A stretch of 64,000 nucleotides of DNA from Planctomycetota bacterium (GTDB lineage: Bacteria; Planctomycetota; UBA8742; UBA2392), in the NCBI GenBank assembly GCA_019912315.1, contig JAIOJA010000049.1, positions 4,448-68,447 on the forward strand, in the 5' to 3' direction. Numbering within the stretch: position 1 is the stretch's first letter; the number at the start of each line of letters is the position of its first letter. A program made the translations under genes and the position numbers. Of this stretch, positions 50,907 through 60,390 are shown piece after piece. The notes beneath the pieces were generated by a model. That model did no database searches, was not told where the DNA came from, and saw only the letters and a program-made list of their open reading frames with translations.

Positions 50907-51677
50907 ATGCGCGCATTGCCGATACTGCTGCTGGTTACACTGACCGCGGCGCTGCACGCCGAAGAGTTCGCGCACCCGGACTTCAAGTTCACGGTCCCTG
51001 ATGGTTTCGTGCGCGGTGCCAGCGAAGACGCGGAGCCCAGCGCCTACTGCGTCTATTACCGAAAGGGCTCCAAGTCGCCCTACAACGACACGCACCTGAT
51101 TGTCGAGCCCATGTCGAGCGACGTGCCGGATCGCATCGAGAGCCCCGAGAAAATCATGGTCTTTCGGTTCGGGATGCGCTCCGGCGAGCGCATGATATGG
51201 GATTGGAACGAAACCAAGATCGGCGTCCTTGAGGGCTATCTCGATGCGGGCACATCCACCGGGCCGCGCGGCGAAACCATGACGAACTACCGGCAGATCA
51301 TCATCGCCTACCTGCCCGTGCGCCCGACATCCGTGCGCGTAACGGTGATTGGCAATACCGCGGACCAGGACGCCATGCGCGGCATCCTCCGGTCAACACT
51401 CGCCTCCTTGAAGCCGGCCAAAGAAGAAGGCTTCTTCGATTCCGGGGACAGCGGGGGCACGTACGTCGGAATGACCGTCGTGTTCGGCGCGATGGCGCTG
51501 GTGCTGATCGGCGGAGTGACGTTCCTGGTGTTGCGTTCACGGGGCAGAACGCCTGGCGCACGCGGACAGTACGCGCCGCCGCCGCAACAGTACCCGCCAC
51601 AGCAATTTGATCAGCCGCCGCCCGACCCGTCGCCACCGCGCGGAGGCAGCGTCGAGCGCGCGCCCTGGGAAGACTGA
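50907..51677 (+). CDS. Signal peptide + about 170-aa domain + TM helix + Pro-rich tail protein (paralog 2)
   Basis: MRALPILLLVTLTAALHAEE is the signal peptide. The block F(T/K)F(T/A)VP(D/A)GF is shared with paralog 1. The TM helix is VVFGAMALVLIGGVTFLVL. The tail is YAPPPQQYPPQQFDQPPPDPSPP. Confidence 0.6.
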   Translation: MRALPILLLVTLTAALHAEEFAHPDFKFTVPDGFVRGASEDAEPSAYCVYYRKGSKSPYNDTHLIVEPMSSDVPDRIESPEKIMVFRFGMRSGERMIWDWNETKIGVLEGYLDAGTSTGPRGETMTNYRQIIIAYLPVRPTSVRVTVIGNTADQDAMRGILRSTLASLKPAKEEGFFDSGDSGGTYVGMTVVFGAMALVLIGGVTFLVLRSRGRTPGARGQYAPPPQQYPPQQFDQPPPDPSPPRGGSVERAPWED

Positions 51678-51744
51678 TCCGGATTCACGACAACGGGCGC
51701 TTGTGTACGCCGTCCCGGCTACGATAATGCGGACGGAGACTTCC

Positions 51745-52089
51745 ATGTCCTATGATGAACGTTTGTTCGAACGAATGCGCGACGTGCTCGAACGCAAGGA
51801 AGGCTGGACCGAAAAGAACCTGTTCGGCGGGCGAGTCTATCAGGTCAACGGCAAACCGTTCATCGGCGCCGTGGAAGGCGGATTGATCGCCCTTTGCCCC
51901 GAAGATGCCTTGCGCAAACACCTCGAGCTCAAACACTGCGCGCCCTTCAAACACGGCGGCAAAGAACAGACGGGCTGGGTGCTGGTCAGCATGGATGCGC
52001 TCAAGACCGCGAAACAACTCTCACGTTGGGTTGAATCCAGCTTCGCCCACGCCAGCGCCCTTGGCCCGGCGAACAGTCGCAAAAAATAA
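51745..52089 (+). CDS. TfoX N-terminal-domain-like protein
   Basis: The ATG at 51745 gives MSYDERLFERMRDVLERKEGWTEKNLFGGRVYQVNGKPFIG, which resembles the TfoX_N fold family. The ORF-track start at 51607 overlaps the previous gene. Confidence 0.55.
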   Translation: MSYDERLFERMRDVLERKEGWTEKNLFGGRVYQVNGKPFIGAVEGGLIALCPEDALRKHLELKHCAPFKHGGKEQTGWVLVSMDALKTAKQLSRWVESSFAHASALGPANSRKK

Positions 52090-52229
52090 CTCTGCTTCTC
52101 GCAAGTCTTGCCGCCACGTGCTTTGCGCAAAGCGGGACGATTTCACTATGCGTACGCGTTACGTTAGTGGGCGTGTTATACTGGTTGTTAGGGTCGCTCT
52201 GCTCTGTGTAGTCGAAATGGAGACGAGAC

Positions 52230-52784
52230 ATGATTCGATTGGGACTGATAATTCTGACCGGCGTCATCTTTTCAGCATCGCTCAGTGCCGTGGTGCTGAC
52301 TGAATACCAGGACGACGTCTACCTTCGCGACCATGAAACCGTGCGCTACCGCGTAAACATCGAATACGGCGCGGCAACGGAAGCCGATGTGGACATTCTC
52401 GTGCGCGGGTTTATCTCGCCCCCACGCGTACGCGTACTTGAGCCCGACAAAGACGAAGTGAAGGACGTCCGCGACACCGACGGCGACTGGACCCTCGACT
52501 TCGACTTCACGGCCAAGGACTTCCACAACCACTACTTCATTGAGGTCGACAGCGCCAACCCCGGACACGACGGCGATTTCGAAGTCACTATCATCGTGAA
52601 CGGCGATGCAGGCGGCGACGCGAGCGTACACTTTGTGAAGTACTACTTCGATTACGAATCAAACGACGCCTCCGACCACTACGACTGCTCGACTCACCCG
52701 GGCGGCGGCGGCTGGCCGGTGGCGCTGCTGGCCGGAGCCGCGTTGGGCGCAGTGTACCTGCGCCGGCGCAAGGCCCGCGCCTAA
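52230..52784 (+). CDS. Secreted acidic protein with a Cys/Gly + TM + RRRK C-terminal tail
   Basis: The signal peptide is MIRLGLIILTGVIFSASLSA. The tail is YDCSTHPGGGGWPVALLAGAALGAVYLRRRKARA. Confidence 0.65.
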   Translation: MIRLGLIILTGVIFSASLSAVVLTEYQDDVYLRDHETVRYRVNIEYGAATEADVDILVRGFISPPRVRVLEPDKDEVKDVRDTDGDWTLDFDFTAKDFHNHYFIEVDSANPGHDGDFEVTIIVNGDAGGDASVHFVKYYFDYESNDASDHYDCSTHPGGGGWPVALLAGAALGAVYLRRRKARA

Positions 52785-53902
52785 CCGCCGGTGCCTGTGA
52801 CCAGAGCGTCGATGATCCGGTCCCTGATTGCGTCGCTGACCACGTGCTTCTGGGCGCGCGCCAGGGCAGGTCGTGCCGCCTCGCCGTACTGGGCAAGCGC
52901 CCAGACTACCGCCTCCTGAACGGTTTCATCTTCCGTCATCAGGGCCTGCTCCAGAGACGGCAGCAGGGACTCGTCGCGCAGATTGCCCGCGACGATCGCG
53001 GCGTTACGCTTGAGCCGGTCCGCCCCCGTGCGCTCAAGGGGCGTGCCCGCGATACGCTTGAGCAGATGCTCCGGCTTGCTGGTGAAGATGCGCGCGAGTG
53101 TGAGCTCCGCGAACTCCTTGCCAGGGCGCGCGGGATCCTGTCCGCTCTTGCTGTTCCAGGGGCACACTTCGTTGCAGATGTCGCAACCGAACAGCCATTC
53201 GCCCGTTGGCTTGCGAAAGGGCTCGGCGATGGCGCCATGGTGCTCGATGGTCAGATAGCTGATGCAGCGGGTGGCATCAAGCTGGTAGGGCTCCGGAAAT
53301 GCGTCCGTCGGGCAGGCCTCGATACACTTGCGACAGTTGCCGCAATGATCCGTTCCCGGAGCGTCCGCGGGCAGGTCGAGACTCGTGACCACCAGCGCGA
53401 GAAACGACCAGCTTCCGCGCTTCGGGTCGATCAGCATCGTGTTCTTGCCGACCCAGCCCAGCCCGGCCTGCTGGGCAATCTCGCGCTCAAGAAAGGGTCC
53501 AGTGTCCTGGTACCACAGCGCCCTGGTCTCCGGGCCGCCAATGCGAATGATCTCGTCCTGCAATTTCTTCAGACGCGGCTTGTGCGTGTAGTGGTAGTCG
53601 TTTCCCCGTGCGTAGCGCGCGATGTTGGGCAACGCCGACTTTTTCGGAAGCCTGTCCGGCAGCTCGCTCGGATACTCGATATTCACGACCACGAATGACT
53701 TCGCCCAGGCATAGCGGGTGCGGATGTCCTTGCGCGTCTCCGGGTGTTTGGCAAACCAACCCATGGTGCCGTTGCGTCCCTGGGTCAGCCAGTCGTCAAA
53801 GTGCGACGCATGGGGTACGGGCAGCGCGGGGGCTGTCCCCGCACGCGTAAACCCGAGCGACCGGGCGGCCTGCAACACGGCTGTTTTCAGCTCTTTAATC
53901 AT
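52781..53902 (-). CDS. queG: tRNA epoxyqueuosine(34) reductase
   Basis: The Fe-S blocks CGNCRKCIEACPT and GCDICNEVCPWN, the block CISYLTIEH, and the C-terminal HEAT-like repeat ETVQEAVVWALAQ are QueG signatures. Confidence 0.85.
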   Translation of the reverse strand: MIKELKTAVLQAARSLGFTRAGTAPALPVPHASHFDDWLTQGRNGTMGWFAKHPETRKDIRTRYAWAKSFVVVNIEYPSELPDRLPKKSALPNIARYARGNDYHYTHKPRLKKLQDEIIRIGGPETRALWYQDTGPFLEREIAQQAGLGWVGKNTMLIDPKRGSWSFLALVVTSLDLPADAPGTDHCGNCRKCIEACPTDAFPEPYQLDATRCISYLTIEHHGAIAEPFRKPTGEWLFGCDICNEVCPWNSKSGQDPARPGKEFAELTLARIFTSKPEHLLKRIAGTPLERTGADRLKRNAAIVAGNLRDESLLPSLEQALMTEDETVQEAVVWALAQYGEAARPALARAQKHVVSDAIRDRIIDALVTGTGG

Positions 53903-53990
53903 GCCGGACTTCTGTCATTGGGCTCAAGCAAGAACCCGTTGATTCCCGTAACACCGGGGGTAATGTAGCCGCGCAATCCACGGAGACTGC

Positions 53991-55121
53991 ATGTTTCTTG
54001 CCGAAACAACAGAAGCCACATCCCAGCCGCTGTTTTACCTGTTTAACGCGGCCAAAGTGCTAATTGCATTCGGCGTCATCATGACGGTGGTGCCGGGATT
54101 GATCTGGCTGGAGCGCAAAGTGGCGGCCTGGATCCAGCTTCGTGACGGGCCTACCAAAGTTGGGCTGCCGAACTGGAAGCTGTTGGGGCCCCTGAAGGGC
54201 TGGGGCATGTTCGGGCTGATGCAGCCGCTTGCGGACATGTTCAAGCTGATCCTGAAGGAAGATTTCGTACCCCGTCGCGCCAGCAAGTTTTTGTTCATCA
54301 TTGCCCCGGCGCTGGTGTTTCTGCCGATCGCGCTGGCCTTTGCCGTGATTCCATTCGGGCACGGCTTCACTTACGTGTACGGCGAAAACGGCGAGTCTTT
54401 TTTCGTCAACTACCAGATTGCGGACTTCGGCGTGGGCGTGCTGTTTGCGCTCGCGTTCCTGAGCCTCGCCGTGCACGGGCTGTCACTCGGCGGCTGGGCC
54501 AGCAACAACAAGTACAGCAGCTTCGGCGCGGTCCGCGCGGGCGCGCAGTTGATCAGCTACGAGGCCGCGATGTTCATGGTGATCCTCGCCATGATCATGA
54601 CCTACGGAACGCTTGACCTGGGCGAAATGGCGATCAACCAGGCCGAGCACGGCTGGGGCATCATTCGGAACTTCCCGCTCGGGTTTTTTGCGTTCGTGAT
54701 CTTCGCGATCTGCGCCTACGCGGAATCAAACCGCCTTCCGTTCGACTTCCCGGAAGCGGAAGCAGAGCTTGTGGGCGGCTACCACACGGAATTCGGCAGC
54801 ATGAAATTCGCCATGTTCTTCCTTGGCGAATACTACGGCATGATTATCCAGAGCTGTCTGGTGGTCCTGCTGTTCCTTGGCGGCTGGACCTTCCCCGGCA
54901 TTGACCCGCGCGCCGACACCTTCCTGGCAAGCCTGGCGGGCCCGGTGATCTTCAGCCTGAAGGTCGGGATATTCCTGTGGCTGTATGTCCAGGTACGCTG
55001 GACCCTGCCGCGCTTCCGCTTTGACCAGTTGATGAACCTTGGCTGGAAGAAGCTGATTCCGATCAGCCTCGTGATAGTCGTTCTCACGGCCGTCGTGCTG
55101 AACCTGACCGCCAGAAGCTGA
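53991..55121 (+). CDS. nuoH: NADH-quinone oxidoreductase subunit H
   Basis: WLERKVAAWIQLRDGPTKVG, GLMQPLADMFKLILKEDFVP and ESNRLPFDFPEAEAELVGGYHTEFGSMKFAMFFLGEY are NuoH/ND1 signature blocks. No other nuo gene is present in the window. Confidence 0.9.
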   Translation: MFLAETTEATSQPLFYLFNAAKVLIAFGVIMTVVPGLIWLERKVAAWIQLRDGPTKVGLPNWKLLGPLKGWGMFGLMQPLADMFKLILKEDFVPRRASKFLFIIAPALVFLPIALAFAVIPFGHGFTYVYGENGESFFVNYQIADFGVGVLFALAFLSLAVHGLSLGGWASNNKYSSFGAVRAGAQLISYEAAMFMVILAMIMTYGTLDLGEMAINQAEHGWGIIRNFPLGFFAFVIFAICAYAESNRLPFDFPEAEAELVGGYHTEFGSMKFAMFFLGEYYGMIIQSCLVVLLFLGGWTFPGIDPRADTFLASLAGPVIFSLKVGIFLWLYVQVRWTLPRFRFDQLMNLGWKKLIPISLVIVVLTAVVLNLTARS

Positions 55122-55139
55122 TTCAAGAAACTGGTTTCC

Positions 55140-56168
55140 ATGAAACGCATCGGCATCATCACCAGTGGCGGCGACGCGCCCGGAACGAATGCCTGCATCC
55201 GCACGGTCGCGCGGCGCTGCCTGTACGACGGCATTGAGCTGATGGGCATCTTCGATTCCTGGGACGGGCTGCTGGCCGACAAGGTCCGTCCCATCTCGCG
55301 TGATGACGTCACCGGCATTGTGGCGACGGCAGGCACCATGTTGCGCTCTTCGCGCTCGAAGCTGTTCCTGAATGACGGCGACGAAACGAAGGCCACTACG
55401 GCGCTGGCCCGGCACGGCATCGAGGGACTTGTTGTCGTCGGCGGAAACGGCAGCCAGATGGCAACGGCCAAGCTGAGCGCGGCCGGCTTCCCGTGCGTCG
55501 GCGTACCCAAAACCATCGACAATGACCTCGCGGGCACGGAGCTGACCGTCGGCTTTCTGACGGCCGTAGAGATGTGCACGCACGCCCTGGACAACCTGCG
55601 CGCGACGGCGGAATCACACAATCGCGTGATGGTGGTGGAAGTGATGGGTCGCAACGTGGGGTGGATCGCCGTCGAAGCGTCCATCGCCGGCGGAGCTGAC
55701 ATGGCCCTGATCCCGGAGTTTCCATTCACGATCGACGAAGTATGCGCCAAGTTGAGCCTGCGCCACGACAAGCTGGGGCGCAACTACAGCATGATCGTGA
55801 TCGCGGAGGGAGCCACTGATAGCGGCGGCGTGCTGGCGGATGCCGGCGGCGTAAAGGACGAACTTGGGCGCCCCAAACTGGGCGGCGTGGGGCAACTGCT
55901 CGCCCGTGAACTGGAAGCGCGCACGGGCTACGACGCCCGCTGCACAACCTTGGGCTATCTGCAACGCTGCGCCGCACCAATTGCCGCAGACCGGATTCTT
56001 GCCACACGCGTCAGCGACAAGGCCTACGACCTGCTGACAACCGGGCAAAGCGGAATGCTTGCGGGCCTGCAGGGCACCGAAGTCCGCGCGGTGCCCCTGG
56101 CGGACATCCGGGGCAAGGAAAAGCTGGTGACGCCCGAGTATTACCGGTTGGCGGAATTGTTCGGGTAG
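55140..56168 (+). CDS. pfkA: 6-phosphofructokinase (phosphoryl-donor specificity not decided)
   Basis: MKRIGIITSGGDAPGTNACIR, VVVGGNGS, PKTIDNDL and VMGRNVGWIA are PFK family A blocks. Confidence 0.85.
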   Translation: MKRIGIITSGGDAPGTNACIRTVARRCLYDGIELMGIFDSWDGLLADKVRPISRDDVTGIVATAGTMLRSSRSKLFLNDGDETKATTALARHGIEGLVVVGGNGSQMATAKLSAAGFPCVGVPKTIDNDLAGTELTVGFLTAVEMCTHALDNLRATAESHNRVMVVEVMGRNVGWIAVEASIAGGADMALIPEFPFTIDEVCAKLSLRHDKLGRNYSMIVIAEGATDSGGVLADAGGVKDELGRPKLGGVGQLLARELEARTGYDARCTTLGYLQRCAAPIAADRILATRVSDKAYDLLTTGQSGMLAGLQGTEVRAVPLADIRGKEKLVTPEYYRLAELFG

Positions 56169-56198
56169 GGTAGTGATGCGGGCTGCCAGTCCGCATTA

Positions 56199-57683
56199 CT
56201 ACGGCAGGGCGCCAAGCGCGTCGCCGACTCTCAGCGTTCGAATGTTGTTCGGCGGTAACTGCTCACCCCAGGGGTAGCGGCTTACCACCACGATGCGATC
56301 CGACGTAACCACCAACCCCTCTTCCAGAATCGATCGGGCAAGCCGGCGCAGGTCGTCCTCCATGGACGGCACTTCACCCTGGTCGGTATCGGTCCGAACC
56401 GCGAGCACTCCCCACATCAGCGCGTGGCGGCGCAGTACACCCGCATCGTGATGCACAGCCAGCACGGGGCACATGCCGCGCACTTTGCTGAGGTAGCGCG
56501 CCGTAACGCCGGATTCCGAGCGCACCACGATGAACTTCGCACCCAGTGGCTCGGCGATAATCACGGCCCCGATCACCATGGCCTTGCGCAGGGCGTCGCC
56601 TGCGCGCCGCGCCATGAAGTCGGCCGGCTCGCTGCGCGTTGTCAGTACTTTCTCGACGTCGCGCGACACACGCGCCATGGTTTCGACCGCGAGCAGCGGG
56701 TGCTTGCCGGCTGCTGTTTCGGCGCTCAGCATCAGCGCGTCGCAGCCGTCTTCAATGGCGTTGGCAATGTCGCTGACTTCGGCGCGCGTCGGCGTCGGGT
56801 TCTCGATCATGCTCTCCAGCACCTGGGTCGCGACGATCACCGGCTTCAGCGCCTCTCGGCAGGCACGGACAATGCGTTTTTGATGCAGGGGGACGCTCTC
56901 GACAGGCAGCTCGATGCCCAGGTCTCCACGCGCGACCATGACCGCGTCGCTGGCCTCGATGATCGCGTCGAGGTTGTCCAATGCCTGCGGCTTTTCGATC
57001 TTGCTGACAATCTGCGCGTCGCTCCGGGCCGCAATCAGCCTTGAACGCAGGTCCTTCACGTCATCGGCGCCACGCACAAACGACAGTGCAAAAATGTCGG
57101 CGCCCAACTCAATGCCAAGCGCAAGGTCGCTCACATCCTTGTCTGTCAGCGACGGCGAGGAGATGCGCGTGCCCGGCAGGTTGATGCCCTTGCGGCTGCT
57201 GACCACGCCACCGACATCGACAGCACAGGTCACGGTGTCCACTGTTTTGTTCACCACCGTCAAGCGGATCGCGCCGTCGTTGATGTACACCGGCTCGTCG
57301 ACGTCCACGTCATCAATGAAGCGCGCGTAGGTGCATGTCAGTGCATCGGGAGTACATGCCGCATCGCCGCGTACGAAGTCGATTTTCTGCCCCGGGCGCA
57401 ACGCAAAGCGCCCACCCTCGACTTCGTGCAGGCGGATCTTGGGGCCACTCAGATCCATCATGATCGCCACAGGCCTGTCGCGCTTCGCGGCACCCGCGCG
57501 CACGGCGGCGAAAGTCTCGCGATGCACCTCGTGGCTGCCGTGGGACATGTTCAGGCGGGCGACGCTCATGCCGGCCTCAATCAGACGCTCGATAGTGTCG
57601 GAATCACGGGAAGCGGGCCCGAGCGTACACACAATTTTTGTGCGCAAGGGCTGCCCTCGAACGGTTCGTTTCGTGAAGCTCAT
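56199..57683 (-). CDS. pyk: Pyruvate kinase
   Basis: RTKIVCTLGPAS, ARLNMSHGS, MVARGDLGIELP and ATQVLESM are pyruvate kinase signature blocks. The ORF is 494 aa. Confidence 0.9.
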   Translation of the reverse strand: MSFTKRTVRGQPLRTKIVCTLGPASRDSDTIERLIEAGMSVARLNMSHGSHEVHRETFAAVRAGAAKRDRPVAIMMDLSGPKIRLHEVEGGRFALRPGQKIDFVRGDAACTPDALTCTYARFIDDVDVDEPVYINDGAIRLTVVNKTVDTVTCAVDVGGVVSSRKGINLPGTRISSPSLTDKDVSDLALGIELGADIFALSFVRGADDVKDLRSRLIAARSDAQIVSKIEKPQALDNLDAIIEASDAVMVARGDLGIELPVESVPLHQKRIVRACREALKPVIVATQVLESMIENPTPTRAEVSDIANAIEDGCDALMLSAETAAGKHPLLAVETMARVSRDVEKVLTTRSEPADFMARRAGDALRKAMVIGAVIIAEPLGAKFIVVRSESGVTARYLSKVRGMCPVLAVHHDAGVLRRHALMWGVLAVRTDTDQGEVPSMEDDLRRLARSILEEGLVVTSDRIVVVSRYPWGEQLPPNNIRTLRVGDALGALP

Positions 57684-57797
57684 GGCGCGAGTGTAGATTT
57701 TCGCCGGCCGTCAGGTCAGTGCGCGTCGCCTGATGCGTCGGGAATTGGTTGAAGAAACCCGCCCCCGGCTGCCGATGTCGAAGCGGGGAGCTCGCGT

Positions 57798-58724
57798 ATG
57801 GACCCGCAGGCAACAATTGAACGTTTTCTTGAGCACCTGGATGTTGAGCGCAACTTCAGCGAGCAGTCACTACGCGCCTATGCCACGGACCTGCGGCAGT
57901 TTGCGGAATTTCTAAGCGAGCGCGACTGCACCGACCTCACCCGTGTTGACAACCTGACGCTACGTGCTTGGCTGGCTGGGATGTCGGAAGCGAATTACGG
58001 GCGCCGCAGCATCGCGCGCAAACTTGCCAGCGTGCGGTCGCTGTTTCGTTTCATGCACCGCCGCGGCGAGATCAAGGACAACCCGGCCAAGCTGCTGCGC
58101 ACGCCCAAGCTGGCGCGCAACCTGCCGAGCTTTCTGGACGAAAATCAGGTCAACGTGCTGCTGACCACGCCCGACCCGGGCACCTGGAGCGGCCTGCGCG
58201 ACAAAGCCATTCTGGAGCTTCTCTATGCCACGGGGTTGCGCGTCTCGGAACTCGTCAAACTCAAAATTCATGACCTCGAGCTCTCACGGGGTTCGCTTCG
58301 CACGCTCGGAAAAGGGCGGAAGGAACGCATCCTTCCACTGCTGCCCGCCGCCATCGACGCCCTGCAAGCCTGGTTCCCGGTCAGGCAGCGACCGCCACGC
58401 TCACGTACAGGCGGAGTAAAGCCCGGCAACGAGCACGTGTTCGTCAACCAGCGCGGCGGCGCGCTCACAGATCGAAGCGTGCGACGGCTGATCGACCAGT
58501 ACGTCAAGCAGGCCGCGATTAACTGCAAAGTCACGCCGCACACACTGAGGCACAGCTTCGCGACACATCTGTTAAACCACGGGGCTGATCTGCGTGACGT
58601 GCAGGAGTTGCTGGGGCACGCACATCTTGCGACTACGCAGGTCTACACGCACGTTACAACCGCACGGATGCTCGACGTCTATGAGCGCGCTCATCCCAGC
58701 GCCACAGACAAGAAGAGCGCCTAA
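57798..58724 (+). CDS. Tyrosine recombinase, XerC/XerD family
   Basis: The N-terminal SAM-like domain is FLEHLDVERNFSEQSLRAYATDLRQFAEFL. The catalytic blocks are ATGLRVSELV, HTLRHSFATHLL and LLGHAHLATTQVYTHV. Confidence 0.85.
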   Translation: MDPQATIERFLEHLDVERNFSEQSLRAYATDLRQFAEFLSERDCTDLTRVDNLTLRAWLAGMSEANYGRRSIARKLASVRSLFRFMHRRGEIKDNPAKLLRTPKLARNLPSFLDENQVNVLLTTPDPGTWSGLRDKAILELLYATGLRVSELVKLKIHDLELSRGSLRTLGKGRKERILPLLPAAIDALQAWFPVRQRPPRSRTGGVKPGNEHVFVNQRGGALTDRSVRRLIDQYVKQAAINCKVTPHTLRHSFATHLLNHGADLRDVQELLGHAHLATTQVYTHVTTARMLDVYERAHPSATDKKSA

Positions 58725-58776
58725 CCAGGACGCGCTTGCATTTGCACCCGACGTGCCGCCGCGCTAGTCTGGGGCA

Positions 58777-59274
58777 ATGCAATCGAAGGCCAAGACCGTC
58801 GCACAGTACCTCCATGAGTTGCCCGAGGACCGCCGCCAGGCCATACAGGCCGTGCGCGAGGTGGTTCTGAAGAACCTGAACAAGGGCTTCGAAGAGGGAA
58901 TGCAGTACGGCATGATCGGTTACTACGTGCCGCACAGCGTGTACCCCGACGGCTACCACTGCGACACCAGCAAGCCCCTGCCCTTCGCCAGCATCGCCAG
59001 CCAGAAAAACCACATGGCCGTCTACCTGATGTGCGTTTACGGACATCCCGAGAATGAAAAGTGGTTCCGCCAGGAGTGGGACAAGACCGGCAAGAAACTT
59101 GATATGGGCAAGAGCTGCGTGCGCTTCAAGAAGCTCGATAACCTGGCGCTGGATGCAATCGGTGGCGTGATCAAGCGCGTGCGTGTCAAAGATTTCATCG
59201 ACTACTACGAGAGCGCGATCAAACGCAAGCCCGCCAAGCCAAAGACCCGCGCGAAGCGCACGTCAAAAAAATAG
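58777..59274 (+). CDS. DUF1801 (YdhG-like) domain protein
   Basis: TVAQYLHELPEDRRQAIQAVREVVLKNL and the block GKSCVRFKKLDNL resemble the DUF1801 family. The C-terminal tail is Lys-rich. Confidence 0.55.
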   Translation: MQSKAKTVAQYLHELPEDRRQAIQAVREVVLKNLNKGFEEGMQYGMIGYYVPHSVYPDGYHCDTSKPLPFASIASQKNHMAVYLMCVYGHPENEKWFRQEWDKTGKKLDMGKSCVRFKKLDNLALDAIGGVIKRVRVKDFIDYYESAIKRKPAKPKTRAKRTSKK

Positions 59275-59340
59275 CCTGCTCTTCGCCCCGTCCTGAACAA
59301 CCCGCTTGCGATTTGGCTTCGCAGGGCGTGCAATGCAGGC

Positions 59341-60324
59341 ATGAGCGGCACAGCCACCGATATCCCGCGCCCCGTAACCACGGAGGCCCCCACGCAAGCC
59401 CGCCCCAAGGAATGGGACGGACGTACGCGCACCGGGCTCGGCATCCTGATATTTTTCTGGACCTTCAAGCTGCTCGGCCCGCGCTTCGCCTACCTGCTGC
59501 TTTACCCGGTCGCCTTCTACTACGTGCTGGTCAACCGCAAGAACGGACGAGCAAGCCGCGACTACTTGCGGCGGCGCTTTCCGGGGCTGCGTGGCCCGCG
59601 CCTGTGGTGGAAGAACTACCGCCACTTCCTGTCGTTCGGGCGCGTACTGGTTGACCGGGGCTACGCTTTCCTGGGAATGCTCGGCGAGGTCAGGTTCGAG
59701 CGCGACGGGCACCATGTCATTGAGGAAGTGCTGGCGTCCGGCAAGGGCGTCATTCTGCTCTCGGCGCACATCGGCAACTGGGAACTCGCGGCCTACTGCC
59801 TTGGCGGCTTTCTGCGCGAGGGACGCCAGGTGCCTGTCAACGCCGTGATGTTCAAGGGCGAAAGCGAGAAGGTAGAGAAACAGCTCGCGCGGGCCAGCGG
59901 CGACAGGCCGTTTCATATCATCGCCAGCAACGACAGCCTGCAGGCCAGCATCGAGTGCAAAGACGCCCTGGCGCGTGGTGAAGTCGTTGCCATCCACGGT
60001 GACCGACTGCTGGGCAGCGGCGGGGTCAAAGTTCCGTTCCTGGGCAGCGAGGCCAAGTTCCCGATCGGGCCGTTCGTGCTGGCAGCCAGCACGGGCGCGC
60101 CGGTGATCTTCACGTTCGCGAACCGGCTTGGGACGCGGCACTACGGGCTGCGTGCGCGCGGGCCCCATTACTTCCAGTTCGCGGATCGCAAGCTGCGCGA
60201 CAGGGACCTGAAGGACTGGGTTCGGATGTACGCCGCCGAACTGGAAGAACTGATCGAAAGGTACCCGCTTCAGTGGCACAACTTCTACCCGTTCTGGGAC
60301 ACCGAATCCGGGACGGGCTGGTAA
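59341..60324 (+). CDS. Lysophospholipid/lipid A-type acyltransferase (LpxL/HtrB family)
   Basis: An N-terminal hydrophobic segment is followed by GVILLSAHIGNWELAA (H-x4-E/D type motif) and EVVAIHGDR. Confidence 0.65.
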   Translation: MSGTATDIPRPVTTEAPTQARPKEWDGRTRTGLGILIFFWTFKLLGPRFAYLLLYPVAFYYVLVNRKNGRASRDYLRRRFPGLRGPRLWWKNYRHFLSFGRVLVDRGYAFLGMLGEVRFERDGHHVIEEVLASGKGVILLSAHIGNWELAAYCLGGFLREGRQVPVNAVMFKGESEKVEKQLARASGDRPFHIIASNDSLQASIECKDALARGEVVAIHGDRLLGSGGVKVPFLGSEAKFPIGPFVLAASTGAPVIFTFANRLGTRHYGLRARGPHYFQFADRKLRDRDLKDWVRMYAAELEELIERYPLQWHNFYPFWDTESGTGW

Positions 60325-60328
60325 ACAC

Positions 60329-60354
60329 AACGGGCGAGCCGAAGCTCGCCCGTT
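60329..60354. terminator. Bidirectional terminator hairpin between convergent genes
   Basis: AACGGGCGAGC (60329-60339) pairs with GCTCGCCCGTT (60344-60354) around the loop CGAA. T-containing runs lie on both strands. Confidence 0.6.
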
Positions 60355-60390
60355 TCGCGCCGACCGGCGCTATTTCGCGTAGTGAATCTT

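Noticed and set aside
50901-50909. The same-frame ORFs 50109..50903 and 50907..51677, separated by a TGA, as a second possible read-through or Sec site.
   Set aside because: The downstream ORF starts with its own ATG and a full signal peptide, and it repeats the architecture of the upstream protein. These are two tandem paralogs, not one split gene.
57798-58724. Tyrosine recombinase as a possible marker of an integrated mobile element.
   Set aside because: It has a XerC/XerD-type N-terminal domain and catalytic blocks. Its neighbours are housekeeping genes (pyk, DUF1801, acyltransferase). No flanking direct repeats, tRNA target or phage/IS genes were seen.
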